Shown here one piece after another: positions 1 to 8,756 of a stretch of 30,153 nt of DNA (positions are counted from its first letter, which is position 1; every line of letters starts with the position of its first letter). The DNA is from a virus (taxonomy: Duplodnaviria; Caudoviricetes): positions 1-30,153 of the IMG/VR virus record IMGVR_UViG_3300044216_001789. The stretch is one strand, 5' to 3'. A model generated the notes under the pieces. It was given only the letters and a program-made list of their open reading frames with translations. It had not been told where the DNA came from and did no database searches. The position numbers were made by a program, and so were the translations under genes.

Positions 1-251
1 GAGGAAATCATCACCTCATCATAATCATCAAGATATTTTTCCCACATCTTGATTTTTTCTATATTTAAGTCATCATAATTTTTAGTCGTAAAGGTTGTTA
101 GATTAAAATCAGCATTACAATTTTCAGCATATTGTTTTAGACCCTCACGTAATTTAGAACTAAATTTTTTAAATTGATTTGCGTTATGTAATCTTTTTTC
201 TGTAATATCAGAAACTTCAGTTTCAATACTAAAGATTAATCTTTTTTTCAA
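1..251 (-). CDS. Putative glycosyltransferase-like protein, N-terminal part (runs off the window); paralog of 229..1116
   Basis: Not in the ORF track. Hand translation from TTG at 251 gives MKKRLIFSIETEVSDITEKRLHNANQFKKFSSKLREGLKQYAENCNADF...EKIKMWEKYLDDYDEVM, open to base 1. It parallels the neighbour (RVIYS / YSDSIGVDY / DYDEALYLD) and overlaps its stop. Confidence 0.6.
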   Translation of the reverse strand, partial: MKKRLIFSIETEVSDITEKRLHNANQFKKFSSKLREGLKQYAENCNADFNLTTFTTKNYDDLNIEKIKMWEKYLDDYDEVMIS

Positions 252-1116
252 ATCGCCAGACATAATCAAACTCCTTATTAATTGTATGAACTATTTTTGT
301 ATCTTCTGGTATATGTAACTCTCTATCATAAAAATAATGCCACTGTTTATTTAACCATTGAACAGGCACATTGTTTGCTTTTAGTTTATAAGAAAAAATA
401 GTTTCATTATCATATCCAAAAGTATCAGTTATATTATTTGGATACATAGAATCTTTTGCATAAACATCACTTCTTAAATAATGCATCAAATCAAATAATC
501 CAACAAGTCCATTCCAATAATCTAATTTTTTCCATTGTTCTTTATTTGTACCAATAATACCTGTGTTTATCACATCACATTGCGGTGACATATTATTCTC
601 TTCTAACATTGCCATTGTATTAAAATATTTTGCAGAAGGTGATCTTATAGTTCCTTTTACCATATCTAAAGGCATGTGTGTTGGTCTAATATTATCATTG
701 TTATTGTAAACTGCAATACCTTTTGATAGATCCCAAGTTTCAAAAAAATTATCTTTAGTTACAGGTATCGCATCAAAATCTAAATAAAGTGCTTCGTCAT
801 AATCGTGTAAGTGATTATTCATAAGTTCTAGTTTATAGAAATTTACAATATTATACATTGTAATAAATGGAAAGTGTGTCTTAAAATATTTTACATAATG
901 TTTGAAATTTTCATCATTCTCATGTAAATAATAATCAACACCAATACTATCTGAATATCGTTTTTTATTATCAACAATTTTTTGATAGTGTTTACTAAAC
1001 TTATTTTTAGTATTGATATTAGTGGGTGTTTGATCCTTTTTAATTATATTTTTATCAAAAAAATCTAAATCATCCTCTGGTATATCAATATACAGACTGT
1101 AAATTACCCTTGACAT
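229..1116 (-). CDS. Putative GT-A fold nucleotide-diphospho-sugar transferase
   Basis: 295 aa; DxD motif in YDEALYLDFD, plus INTGIIG, DNETIF, WLNKQWHY and IVH motifs resembling GT8/GT34-like transferases. Confidence 0.6.
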   Translation of the reverse strand: MSRVIYSLYIDIPEDDLDFFDKNIIKKDQTPTNINTKNKFSKHYQKIVDNKKRYSDSIGVDYYLHENDENFKHYVKYFKTHFPFITMYNIVNFYKLELMNNHLHDYDEALYLDFDAIPVTKDNFFETWDLSKGIAVYNNNDNIRPTHMPLDMVKGTIRSPSAKYFNTMAMLEENNMSPQCDVINTGIIGTNKEQWKKLDYWNGLVGLFDLMHYLRSDVYAKDSMYPNNITDTFGYDNETIFSYKLKANNVPVQWLNKQWHYFYDRELHIPEDTKIVHTINKEFDYVWRFEKKINL

Positions 1117-1139
1117 ATGTTATCCATGTGTGATATAAA
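1110..1139 (+). promoter_or_regulatory. Sigma70-like promoter (TTGACA-18 bp-TATAAA, extended TGn)
   Basis: TTGACA 1110-1115, TG 1131-1132, TATAAA 1134-1139. Confidence 0.4.
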
Positions 1140-1141
1140 TA
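1134..1141 (+). promoter_or_regulatory. T4-type late (gp55) promoter
   Basis: Exact TATAAATA in the intergenic gap upstream of the epimerase gene. Confidence 0.7.
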
Positions 1142-1172
1142 TACTTATAACATATTGAGAGATATTTGTCAA
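1142..1172 (-). promoter_or_regulatory. Minus-strand promoter (TTGACA-17 bp-TATAAG; late-like TATAAGTA)
   Basis: Reverse strand reads TTGACA (1172-1167), 17 bp spacer ending in TGt, then TATAAGTA (1149-1142), upstream of the ATG at 1116. Confidence 0.45.
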
Positions 1173-1966
1173 TGAAAATATTAATTACTGGCGACAAAGG
1201 ATTTATTGGAAGTCATTTGTCAAAATCACTTATTGATGATGGTCATGAAGTTATTGGTTGGGATAAAAAAGACAACAAAAATATACTTCATATAACATCT
1301 GAAGATATTGGTTATGCAGACAAAATTGTGCATCTTGCCGCAAGAGCAAATGTAAAAAAAAGTTTAGAAGTTCCACAAACTTATTATATGAACAATGTTC
1401 TAGGAACTAAAGCAGTTTTTGAGGCTGCAGAATATGTCGGTGTGCCTGTTATTTTTGCATCATCATCTACTGCTGCCCAATGGTGGTTATCACCATATGG
1501 AACAACTAAAAAAATGACTGAAGTTATTTCAGATAATTATTTACAAAATGTTGCACTTAGATTTTCTAATGTTTATGGTGATGGTCAAAGAGATACGATG
1601 TTATTTCAAAGAATGATCAACGATTCACTAGAGTTTGTTAGTAATAATCATGTTAGAGACTTTATACACGTTGATGATGTTGTAGATGCAATTAAAATAT
1701 TTTTATATGCAAAACAATTTGAATTTGATAGAATATATGATGTTGGTACAGGTGAAGGACTAAATGTAAATAATTTAGTAGAAGATTATGGATTTAATGT
1801 TGAGGAAAGAGTTGGTGAGTCTTGTGAAATGTTAGATAATACGGCTGATATTACAAAATTGACTAGATTAGGATGGTCACCAAAAAGAGATATACATAAA
1901 TACTTAAAAGGAAAATTAGATGGCAGAACCAAACTCAAAAACAACACTAAAGGATTATTGTCTTAG
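1172..1966 (+). CDS. NAD-dependent epimerase/dehydratase (extended SDR, NDP-sugar modifying)
   Basis: ILITGDKGFIG (GxxGxxG), VHLAA, YGTTK (YxxxK), LRFSNVYG, RDFIHVDD. ATG 1172 preferred over TTG 1166. Confidence 0.9.
   Translation: MKILITGDKGFIGSHLSKSLIDDGHEVIGWDKKDNKNILHITSEDIGYADKIVHLAARANVKKSLEVPQTYYMNNVLGTKAVFEAAEYVGVPVIFASSSTAAQWWLSPYGTTKKMTEVISDNYLQNVALRFSNVYGDGQRDTMLFQRMINDSLEFVSNNHVRDFIHVDDVVDAIKIFLYAKQFEFDRIYDVGTGEGLNVNNLVEDYGFNVEERVGESCEMLDNTADITKLTRLGWSPKRDIHKYLKGKLDGRTKLKNNTKGLLS
1895..1902 (+). promoter_or_regulatory. Probable late promoter for gp13, embedded in the epimerase 3' end
   Basis: CATAAATA followed by an AAGGA RBS and the gp13 ATG at 1920. Confidence 0.55.
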
Positions 1967-2732
1967 AAATTTAGGATTTGGAGTTGTTGATATCAATGTA
2001 TCAGATGACCAAATAGATGATAGAATAGATGAAGCAGTGCAATACTTCGCTCACTATTACTATGATAATATTGAGAAGATGTATTTGAAATATAAGTTGA
2101 CTGAATCTGATATAGCAAGATTTAAGACTAATGAAACAACAACAGCGACAGATAGATCAGATAGTTCACTAACTTTTTCATTTGAAGAGGGGAAAAATTT
2201 TATATCCATGCCCTCAAGTGTTGTATCAGTATTAAATATTTTTTCATTCGATAATGCGGCAACAAATAATATGTTTGATATTCGTTATCAATTACGACTC
2301 AATGATCTATATGATTTCTCATCAACATCAATCATACACTACGAAATGACAATGCAACATTTAGATTACTTGTCACATTTGTTAGTTGGTGAAACACCAA
2401 TAAGATTCTACGAACATCAAGGAAGATTATATCTTGACATGAATGTAGATGGTGATGTCAATGCTGACGAATTTTTAATTATTGAGTGTTACAGAAAATT
2501 AGACCCAGAAACATATACAGACATTTACAATAACATGCATTTAAAAAGATATGCAACCTCATTAATTAAAAGACAATGGGGAACTAATTTATCTAAGTTT
2601 CAAAATGTCGCATTACTAGGTGGGGTAACATATAATGGTGAACAAATTTACTCACAGGCACAAGAAGAGATAGAAAAACTAGAGGCTTATATAGAAAATT
2701 TACAATACCCAGATATGATCATAAAGGGATAA
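1920..2732 (+). CDS. gp13: T4-like neck protein gp13
   Basis: LKDYCLRNLG...INVSDDQIDDRIDEAVQYF, KRYATSLIKRQWGTNLSKF, GGVTYNG; first in the gp13-14-15 series. Confidence 0.9.
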   Translation: MAEPNSKTTLKDYCLRNLGFGVVDINVSDDQIDDRIDEAVQYFAHYYYDNIEKMYLKYKLTESDIARFKTNETTTATDRSDSSLTFSFEEGKNFISMPSSVVSVLNIFSFDNAATNNMFDIRYQLRLNDLYDFSSTSIIHYEMTMQHLDYLSHLLVGETPIRFYEHQGRLYLDMNVDGDVNADEFLIIECYRKLDPETYTDIYNNMHLKRYATSLIKRQWGTNLSKFQNVALLGGVTYNGEQIYSQAQEEIEKLEAYIENLQYPDMIIKG

Positions 2733-2733
2733 A

Positions 2734-3747
2734 ATGGCTGTTAATCAAGCATTTACTACATCAGGTAAGTTGGCAACTGTATCTGAACAAAATCTATATG
2801 CAGATTTAATTAAAGAAGCAATACAGATACATGGTCATGATGTAAATTATGTTGATAGAACTTTAACAGCAAGAGATGATATATTTGGTGAGGACTCATT
2901 ATCCTCATTTAGTAAACAACAAACTATAGAAATGTATGTTGAAGATGCAGACGGTGGATATCAAGGTGAAAAAGAATTAATACAACAGTTTGGTTTAGAA
3001 AACAGAAACGAAATAACATTTGTTGTTAGTAGAACACGTTTTGATGATGTTGCTCATCAAATGGATTTAGAGACTGCAACAAGTACAACTGCAGGTTCAA
3101 TACTTTTAGAGTCAGGCACAATTACATCTTCATTGACGAATAAAATTAGTGCGTCATTTGGAACAGCATACCTAAGAGGTGAGGCTGCATCAACAAGTTT
3201 ATATGCAAACAGACCTAAAGAAGGTGATTTAATTTATCACCCAGTATTAGATAAAATATTTGAAGTTGCGTTTGTAGATCAAGATGACCCATTTCATCAA
3301 CTTGACAATAACCCTGTCTATAAGTTAAGATGTAAGTCATTCGAATATAGTTCTGAAGTTCTTGATACAGGTATCACTGCAATTGATGCTGTCGAGGATG
3401 CACTAACAGGTGATGCGTTACAACATCAAATGACTTTAGAACAAACAAGTGGATATACTCAAAGTTTTGCATTAGAGTTTTTCACACAAAAGGGTTACAC
3501 TGATAATTTACTTGCAGAGACAGGTGATACTTTGGTATCTGAAACTGATGAATCATCTGCTGGTGAAAGCATACTTCTTGAAAACCCTGCCGATAGTGGA
3601 GTTGATAGTTATATCATTCAAGAAGACTATATAGTAGGAGATATGTCAACTGATACAACTGCTCAGAATGAGTTATTTGAAACAGAGGATGAAGACGTAT
3701 TAGACTTCAGCGAATCTAACCCGTTCGGTGATGCTGGGAGAACATAA
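2734..3747 (+). CDS. gp14: T4-like neck protein gp14 with acidic insertions
   Basis: EAIQIHGHDVNY, FGEDSLSSF, RPKEGDLIYHP, PFHQL, YKLRCKSFEYSSE, C-terminal DFSESNPFG. Confidence 0.9.
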   Translation: MAVNQAFTTSGKLATVSEQNLYADLIKEAIQIHGHDVNYVDRTLTARDDIFGEDSLSSFSKQQTIEMYVEDADGGYQGEKELIQQFGLENRNEITFVVSRTRFDDVAHQMDLETATSTTAGSILLESGTITSSLTNKISASFGTAYLRGEAASTSLYANRPKEGDLIYHPVLDKIFEVAFVDQDDPFHQLDNNPVYKLRCKSFEYSSEVLDTGITAIDAVEDALTGDALQHQMTLEQTSGYTQSFALEFFTQKGYTDNLLAETGDTLVSETDESSAGESILLENPADSGVDSYIIQEDYIVGDMSTDTTAQNELFETEDEDVLDFSESNPFGDAGRT

Positions 3748-4553
3748 TGTTAGGACAACAATTTTATCATGAAACAATAAGACGAATGGTCGTCACATTT
3801 GGAACAATATTTAATAATATCAATATTGTAAGAAAAGACAATACTGGTACAATAAAACAAAAAATGAAAGTTCCTTTGGCATATGGTCCAAAACAAAAAT
3901 TTTTAGTTAGACTTGATCAAGATGCAAGTTTAGATTCAAAAGTTGCAATAACATTACCACGTATGGGTTTCGAAATACAAAATTTATCATATGATGCAAC
4001 AAGAAAATTAAATCGTGTGCAAAAATTTAAAAAAGTAAAAGGTGCAAAAGCAAATCAATTAGATACTCAGTTTATGCCCGTTCCATACAATCTTGATTTT
4101 GAATTATATGCAATGGCAAAACAATCAGATGATGCTTTACAAATAGTAGAACAAATTCTTCCATACTTTCAACCTGACTATACAGTAACAATTAAAGATA
4201 TGGAAGATATGGGTATTAAGAGAGATGTGCCAATAATATTAAACTCAATAAGTTATGAAGATAGTTATAGAGGTGATTTTCAAGAAAGACGTGCAATCAT
4301 TTATACATTAACATTTTCTGCAAAGTTTTACTTATATGGACCAGTCGTATCTAGTAAAGTTATTAAACAAGTTCAAGTTGATCAATATGCTGATATGCCT
4401 GTAAATACACCAACTAGAGAACAAAGATATACAGTGACACCAAGTCCTACAACTGCTGATGCTGATGATGATTTTGGATTTAATGAGACAATATCATTTT
4501 TTGAAGATGCTAAGAATTTTAATCCAGCAACAGGTGAGGATGAACCTAAATGA
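3747..4553 (+). CDS. gp15: T4-like tail sheath stabilizer/tail terminator gp15
   Basis: FYHETIRRMVVTFGTIFNNI, KVPLAYGPKQKF, LPRMGFE, PVPYN, QIVEQILPYFQP. Confidence 0.92.
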   Translation: MLGQQFYHETIRRMVVTFGTIFNNINIVRKDNTGTIKQKMKVPLAYGPKQKFLVRLDQDASLDSKVAITLPRMGFEIQNLSYDATRKLNRVQKFKKVKGAKANQLDTQFMPVPYNLDFELYAMAKQSDDALQIVEQILPYFQPDYTVTIKDMEDMGIKRDVPIILNSISYEDSYRGDFQERRAIIYTLTFSAKFYLYGPVVSSKVIKQVQVDQYADMPVNTPTREQRYTVTPSPTTADADDDFGFNETISFFEDAKNFNPATGEDEPK

Positions 4554-4559
4554 TGATAA

Positions 4560-5444
4560 ATGATATTCAAATCAAAAACAATTAACTTAGACATAACACA
4601 TAGATGCACTTTACAATGTTCTAAATGTTCAAGACAAGACCCTAATTATGTTTATGACAAAAGGGATACAACACTTGAAGAGTTTGATAAAATAACAAAT
4701 TATTATCAAGAGATAATTTTTTGTGGACAAATTTCCGATCCTATCTTTCATCCACAGTTTGATAAATTTTTAAAAATGTGTAAGGATAAAAATGTCTTTG
4801 CAGAGATTCATACTGCAGCTAGTCATCGTAAAATAGAACAATATAAAAATTTTTTTGAAGCAAACACAGATGCCAAATGGGTTTTTGGTATTGACGGACT
4901 TCCTAAAGATAGTCACAAGTATAGAATAAATCAAGACGGTGAATATCTTTTTGATATAATGTTATTAGCAAAAAAAGAATATAACATAAACGTGTCTTGG
5001 CAATATATTGTATTTCCTTATAATGAAGATGATTTATTTACTGCAATGGGTATCGCAAGAGATAATGATATTAACTTTTTAATTATTGAGTCATCTAGGT
5101 TTGATGATGAGGAACAATTACCCGATCTAAATAATAAACAATATGAAATGGTTTATGATTTTAAACCACAATGTATAAATGGTAATAAAGAACACGGTCA
5201 CACATCAAAAGGATTTGTTTTACCTTGTTGTTGGTCTGATGTTAACAAAAATCAGATACCAGAATTAACATTAGATCATTTATCATTGACAAATGCTGAA
5301 AATATAGATACAATTATTACGTCAAAGGAGTGGGTAGATTTTGCAGACAAACTTAAAACTAATCCACCAGAATATTGTAAAAGATATTGTGGATATAAAA
5401 AGAAAACAAGTATTAGATCAGAGATAAATTTTAATGACAGATAA
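4560..5444 (+). CDS. Radical SAM protein with C-terminal Twitch/SPASM-like Fe-S domain
   Basis: CTLQCSKC (CX3CX2C), FCGQISDP, GIDG, C-terminal PQC...LPCCW...CKRYC. Confidence 0.85.
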   Translation: MIFKSKTINLDITHRCTLQCSKCSRQDPNYVYDKRDTTLEEFDKITNYYQEIIFCGQISDPIFHPQFDKFLKMCKDKNVFAEIHTAASHRKIEQYKNFFEANTDAKWVFGIDGLPKDSHKYRINQDGEYLFDIMLLAKKEYNINVSWQYIVFPYNEDDLFTAMGIARDNDINFLIIESSRFDDEEQLPDLNNKQYEMVYDFKPQCINGNKEHGHTSKGFVLPCCWSDVNKNQIPELTLDHLSLTNAENIDTIITSKEWVDFADKLKTNPPEYCKRYCGYKKKTSIRSEINFNDR

Positions 5445-5841
5445 AGTAGATAAAATAATAGATAAGACACTTGGAGTTGTCGATGATATAAAAAATGAAT
5501 CTAAAAAATCTGTAACTATACAAAGATCAAAAAAGATTGATGACATTGATTCTGATTATGAATATCAAAGAGAAAATTTTTATAGTTTGATTGAAAGAGG
5601 TCAAGATGCTGTTGAGGGAATACTAGAACTTGCTCAAGAATCAGAACACCCACGTGCTTATGAAGTGGCAGGTAATTTAATAAAACAAGTTTCTGAAGTT
5701 ACAGAAAAACTTGTTGACCTACAAACTAAAATGAAAAAATTAAAAGAAGTTCCTAACAGTGGTCCAAAAAATGTGACAAATGCTTTATTTGTTGGATCTA
5801 CCGCTGAGTTACAAAAAATGTTAAAAAAGAAAGATGATTAA
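5434..5841 (+). CDS. gp16: Terminase small subunit gp16
   Basis: DYEYQRENFYSLIERGQDA, HPRAYEVAGNLIK, NALFVGSTAELQKML. Confidence 0.92.
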   Translation: MTDKVDKIIDKTLGVVDDIKNESKKSVTIQRSKKIDDIDSDYEYQRENFYSLIERGQDAVEGILELAQESEHPRAYEVAGNLIKQVSEVTEKLVDLQTKMKKLKEVPNSGPKNVTNALFVGSTAELQKMLKKKDD

Positions 5842-6799
5842 TTTAGAAAACTCTTCAGTTGATCTAGACATATCAAATAAATGCACCTTAGAGTGTAATC
5901 GATGTGAACGTCAAGAATTACGTAGCATGAATAAAAGTGTGCCTGGTGGTGATATGTCAGTCGATGATTTTATCAAAGTTTGTGATTATTATGGAAATGA
6001 TGAAAACTATATTGCATTCTGTGGTCCTATTAGTGATCCTATATTTAATCCAAATATCTTAGAATTTTTAAAGATTGCATATGAAAAAAATAAACGTATT
6101 AAAATTCATACAGCTGCAACATCAAAAGATAAAAAGATTGATTGGTATGAAAGAGCATTTGATATGAATCCAAACGCAAGGTGGATATTTGGTTTAGACG
6201 GACTACCTAACAAAAGTTGGATTTATAGAGTTAATCAAGATAGTGATTTAATTTATGATGCAATGATATTATGTGCAAAAAAGAATATGGATGTAATATG
6301 GCAGTATCTAGTCTTTGGTTATAATGAAGATCAAATAGAGGAAGCAAAAGATATTGCTGAGAATAATAATATTACATTAGAGATAAATTATACATCTAGA
6401 TATATTGATCATGTCATATACAAACCAACAAATGATGTTGTCAACGAGACAAAAAAAACTGTAGAGTATGGATTTTATCCAAGATGTTTGTCAAACAATA
6501 GACCACCATATGTTAGTGCGACAGGTCAAATACTTCCTTGTTGTTGGGTTGATCAACCCACAGTAAATTTTTTAGAAAACGATCCTGTCATATCAACTTT
6601 AAATAGAGAAGATTTTAATATTAAAAATGTTAAAAATATAAAAGATGTATATAAACATGAAGTATATAAAAAGTTTTACAATGATTTAATAAATAATCAT
6701 GATAGTTGTTCAGAATATTGTAAAAAAAAATGTTCGCAAAAAATGGAAAACCCAACTAGAATTAAAAAACGTTATGGAAAATTATCTAGGCAATCCTAA
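5834..6799 (+). CDS. Radical SAM protein with Twitch/SPASM-like domain (paralog of 4560..5444)
   Basis: CTLECNRC, FCGPISDP, GLDGLP, WQYLVFGYNE, PRC...LPCCW...CKKKC. Confidence 0.85.
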   Translation: MINLENSSVDLDISNKCTLECNRCERQELRSMNKSVPGGDMSVDDFIKVCDYYGNDENYIAFCGPISDPIFNPNILEFLKIAYEKNKRIKIHTAATSKDKKIDWYERAFDMNPNARWIFGLDGLPNKSWIYRVNQDSDLIYDAMILCAKKNMDVIWQYLVFGYNEDQIEEAKDIAENNNITLEINYTSRYIDHVIYKPTNDVVNETKKTVEYGFYPRCLSNNRPPYVSATGQILPCCWVDQPTVNFLENDPVISTLNREDFNIKNVKNIKDVYKHEVYKKFYNDLINNHDSCSEYCKKKCSQKMENPTRIKKRYGKLSRQS

Positions 6800-8399
6800 T
6801 TTAAAAAAAGTCAATACACCTCAAGAATATACAAAAGAACAAATTCTTGAATATCAAAAGTGTATGGATGATCCATTGTATTTTATTGAACAACATATGA
6901 AGATAATATCTCTTGACGAAGGGTTGATTGATTTTAAACCATATAATTTTCAAAAAGAAATGATAGGCACATTTCATAAGAATCGTTTTTCTATTTGTAA
7001 ACTACCAAGACAGTCTGGTAAATCAACAATTATGTTATCATATCTTTTACACTATGCACTATTCAATGCAAATATTAATATTGCAATATTGGCTAACAAA
7101 GCTGCAACTGCAAGAGATTTACTAGGAAGATTACAACTTGCATATGAAAATCTACCGACATGGTTACAACAAGGTATAATGTCATGGAATAAAGGTTCTC
7201 TTGAATTAGAAAATGGTTCAAAGATACTTGCATCGTCAACATCAGCATCTGCTGTTCGTGGTAGTTCATATAACATAATATTCTTAGATGAGTTTGCTTA
7301 CGTTCCGTCACAAATTGCTGATGAATTTTTTAGTTCAGTTTATCCTACCATATCATCTGGTAAGACAACAAAAGTTATTATAGTATCTACACCTCATGGT
7401 ATGAATATGTTTTATAAACTATGGAATGATGCGATACACAAAAGAAATACATATGTTCCTATCGAGGTTCATTGGAGTGAAGTGCCTGGTCGTGATGATA
7501 AATGGAAAGAGGAAACAATAAAAAATACAAGTGAACAACAATTTAGAACAGAGTTTGAATGTGAGTTTTTAGGATCAGTAAATACATTAATTAATCCAAC
7601 AAAACTAAGACAATTATCATACAAAGATGCTATTACTTACAACGCTGGATTATCAGTGTATGAAAATCCAATCAAAGATCATACATACTTTATAACATGT
7701 GATGTATCAAGAGGAACTAAAAATGATAATTCTGCGTTTGTTGTTATGGATGTTACACAAATACCATATCGTATAGTTGCATCATTTAAAGATAACGAAA
7801 TAAAACCTTTAATGTTTCCACATAAAATTAATAATGTTGCTAAGGCGTATAATCATGCGTTTGTTTTAGTTGAAGTCAATGATATAGGTGAACAAGTATC
7901 AAACAATTTGCATTATGACTTAGAATATGATAACATAGTAATGTGTTACATGCGTGGACGTGCTGGACAAATTATGGGTGGTGGATATTCAGGTGGTAAA
8001 GCACAAATGGGTGTTCGCACTACAAAAGCAGTAAAAAAATTAGGATGTTCTAATTTAAAACAAATTGTTGAATCTGATAAAATGATTATAGAAGATTTTG
8101 ATATAATAAATGAGTTATCTACTTTTATTGTAAAAGGAAATCAGGTACAAGCAGAGGAAGGATCAAATGATGACCTTGCGATGTGTTTAGTATTGTTTGC
8201 ATGGGCATGTGATCAAACATATTTTAAAGAATTAACTGATGTTAATATTAGAGCAAAGATGTATGCAGAAACACAAAATCAATTGGAACAAGACATGTCG
8301 CCATTTGGATTTGTTGATAATGGAGTTGATGATCCTTATGAATCAAGTGAATATGGTCAAGTATGGACTACAGTAGATATACCAAAATTAGATGACTAA
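6774..8399 (+). CDS. gp17: Terminase large subunit gp17
   Basis: YLGNPNLKK N-terminus (start reassigned to ATG 6774), Walker A PRQSGKS, Walker B IIFLDEFA, STPHG coupling motif, nuclease DVSRG and NDDLAM. Confidence 0.96.
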   Translation: MENYLGNPNLKKVNTPQEYTKEQILEYQKCMDDPLYFIEQHMKIISLDEGLIDFKPYNFQKEMIGTFHKNRFSICKLPRQSGKSTIMLSYLLHYALFNANINIAILANKAATARDLLGRLQLAYENLPTWLQQGIMSWNKGSLELENGSKILASSTSASAVRGSSYNIIFLDEFAYVPSQIADEFFSSVYPTISSGKTTKVIIVSTPHGMNMFYKLWNDAIHKRNTYVPIEVHWSEVPGRDDKWKEETIKNTSEQQFRTEFECEFLGSVNTLINPTKLRQLSYKDAITYNAGLSVYENPIKDHTYFITCDVSRGTKNDNSAFVVMDVTQIPYRIVASFKDNEIKPLMFPHKINNVAKAYNHAFVLVEVNDIGEQVSNNLHYDLEYDNIVMCYMRGRAGQIMGGGYSGGKAQMGVRTTKAVKKLGCSNLKQIVESDKMIIEDFDIINELSTFIVKGNQVQAEEGSNDDLAMCLVLFAWACDQTYFKELTDVNIRAKMYAETQNQLEQDMSPFGFVDNGVDDPYESSEYGQVWTTVDIPKLDD

Positions 8400-8692
8400 A
8401 GTAATTCAATCAAATCATTATCTAATTTTATCCAACAATTATGGCATAGTATCTTAGAATCATCCATAAGGAGTATAATCTCATCTCTAGTACCATTTAT
8501 CGCAGTTGTTTTAGATTTTTTTCTAATTTCAGAATCATGAGGATGAAACTTCAAACATACTGTCTCAGACTCACCACAATTAGTACATGATTTATCAGAC
8601 AGATGAGTATTCAACCATGCCACACGTTTGTTATAATGCCTTCTAGCGACCTTTTTAATAGTCTCTTTGTATTTTTCATAATGTGTCTGCAT
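8396..8692 (-). CDS. HNH-like zinc-finger protein, possibly degenerate nuclease
   Basis: CTNCGE...LKFHPH...LCHNCW. Start placed at ATG 8692 (8698 possible); the ORF-track start at 8728 runs through the promoter region. Confidence 0.6.
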   Translation of the reverse strand: MQTHYEKYKETIKKVARRHYNKRVAWLNTHLSDKSCTNCGESETVCLKFHPHDSEIRKKSKTTAINGTRDEIILLMDDSKILCHNCWIKLDNDLIELL

Positions 8693-8697
8693 ATTCA

Positions 8698-8705
8698 TAT
8701 TTATA
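8698..8705 (-). promoter_or_regulatory. Late promoter for the HNH-like gene
   Basis: Reverse strand TATAAATA, 5 nt before ATG 8692. Confidence 0.6.
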
Positions 8706-8748
8706 TATACATAGTATATAAAAACCATGATGTAGAAAAATTAATTTC

Positions 8749-8756
8749 TATAAATA
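8749..8756 (+). promoter_or_regulatory. Late promoter for gp18
   Basis: Exact TATAAATA; AAGGAG RBS follows before ATG 8798. Confidence 0.8.

Noticed and set aside
6722-6730. A9 run in rSAM2 (and T8 at 21211-21218 in gp47) as phase-variation tracts
   Set aside because: Such runs are expected in very AT-rich DNA, and both frames are intact
6699-6773. Longer N-termini given in the track for gp17 (6699), gp46 (22213), gp55 (20392) and the 13044 ORF
   Set aside because: Downstream ATGs match family N-termini, RBS positions or stop/start overlaps better
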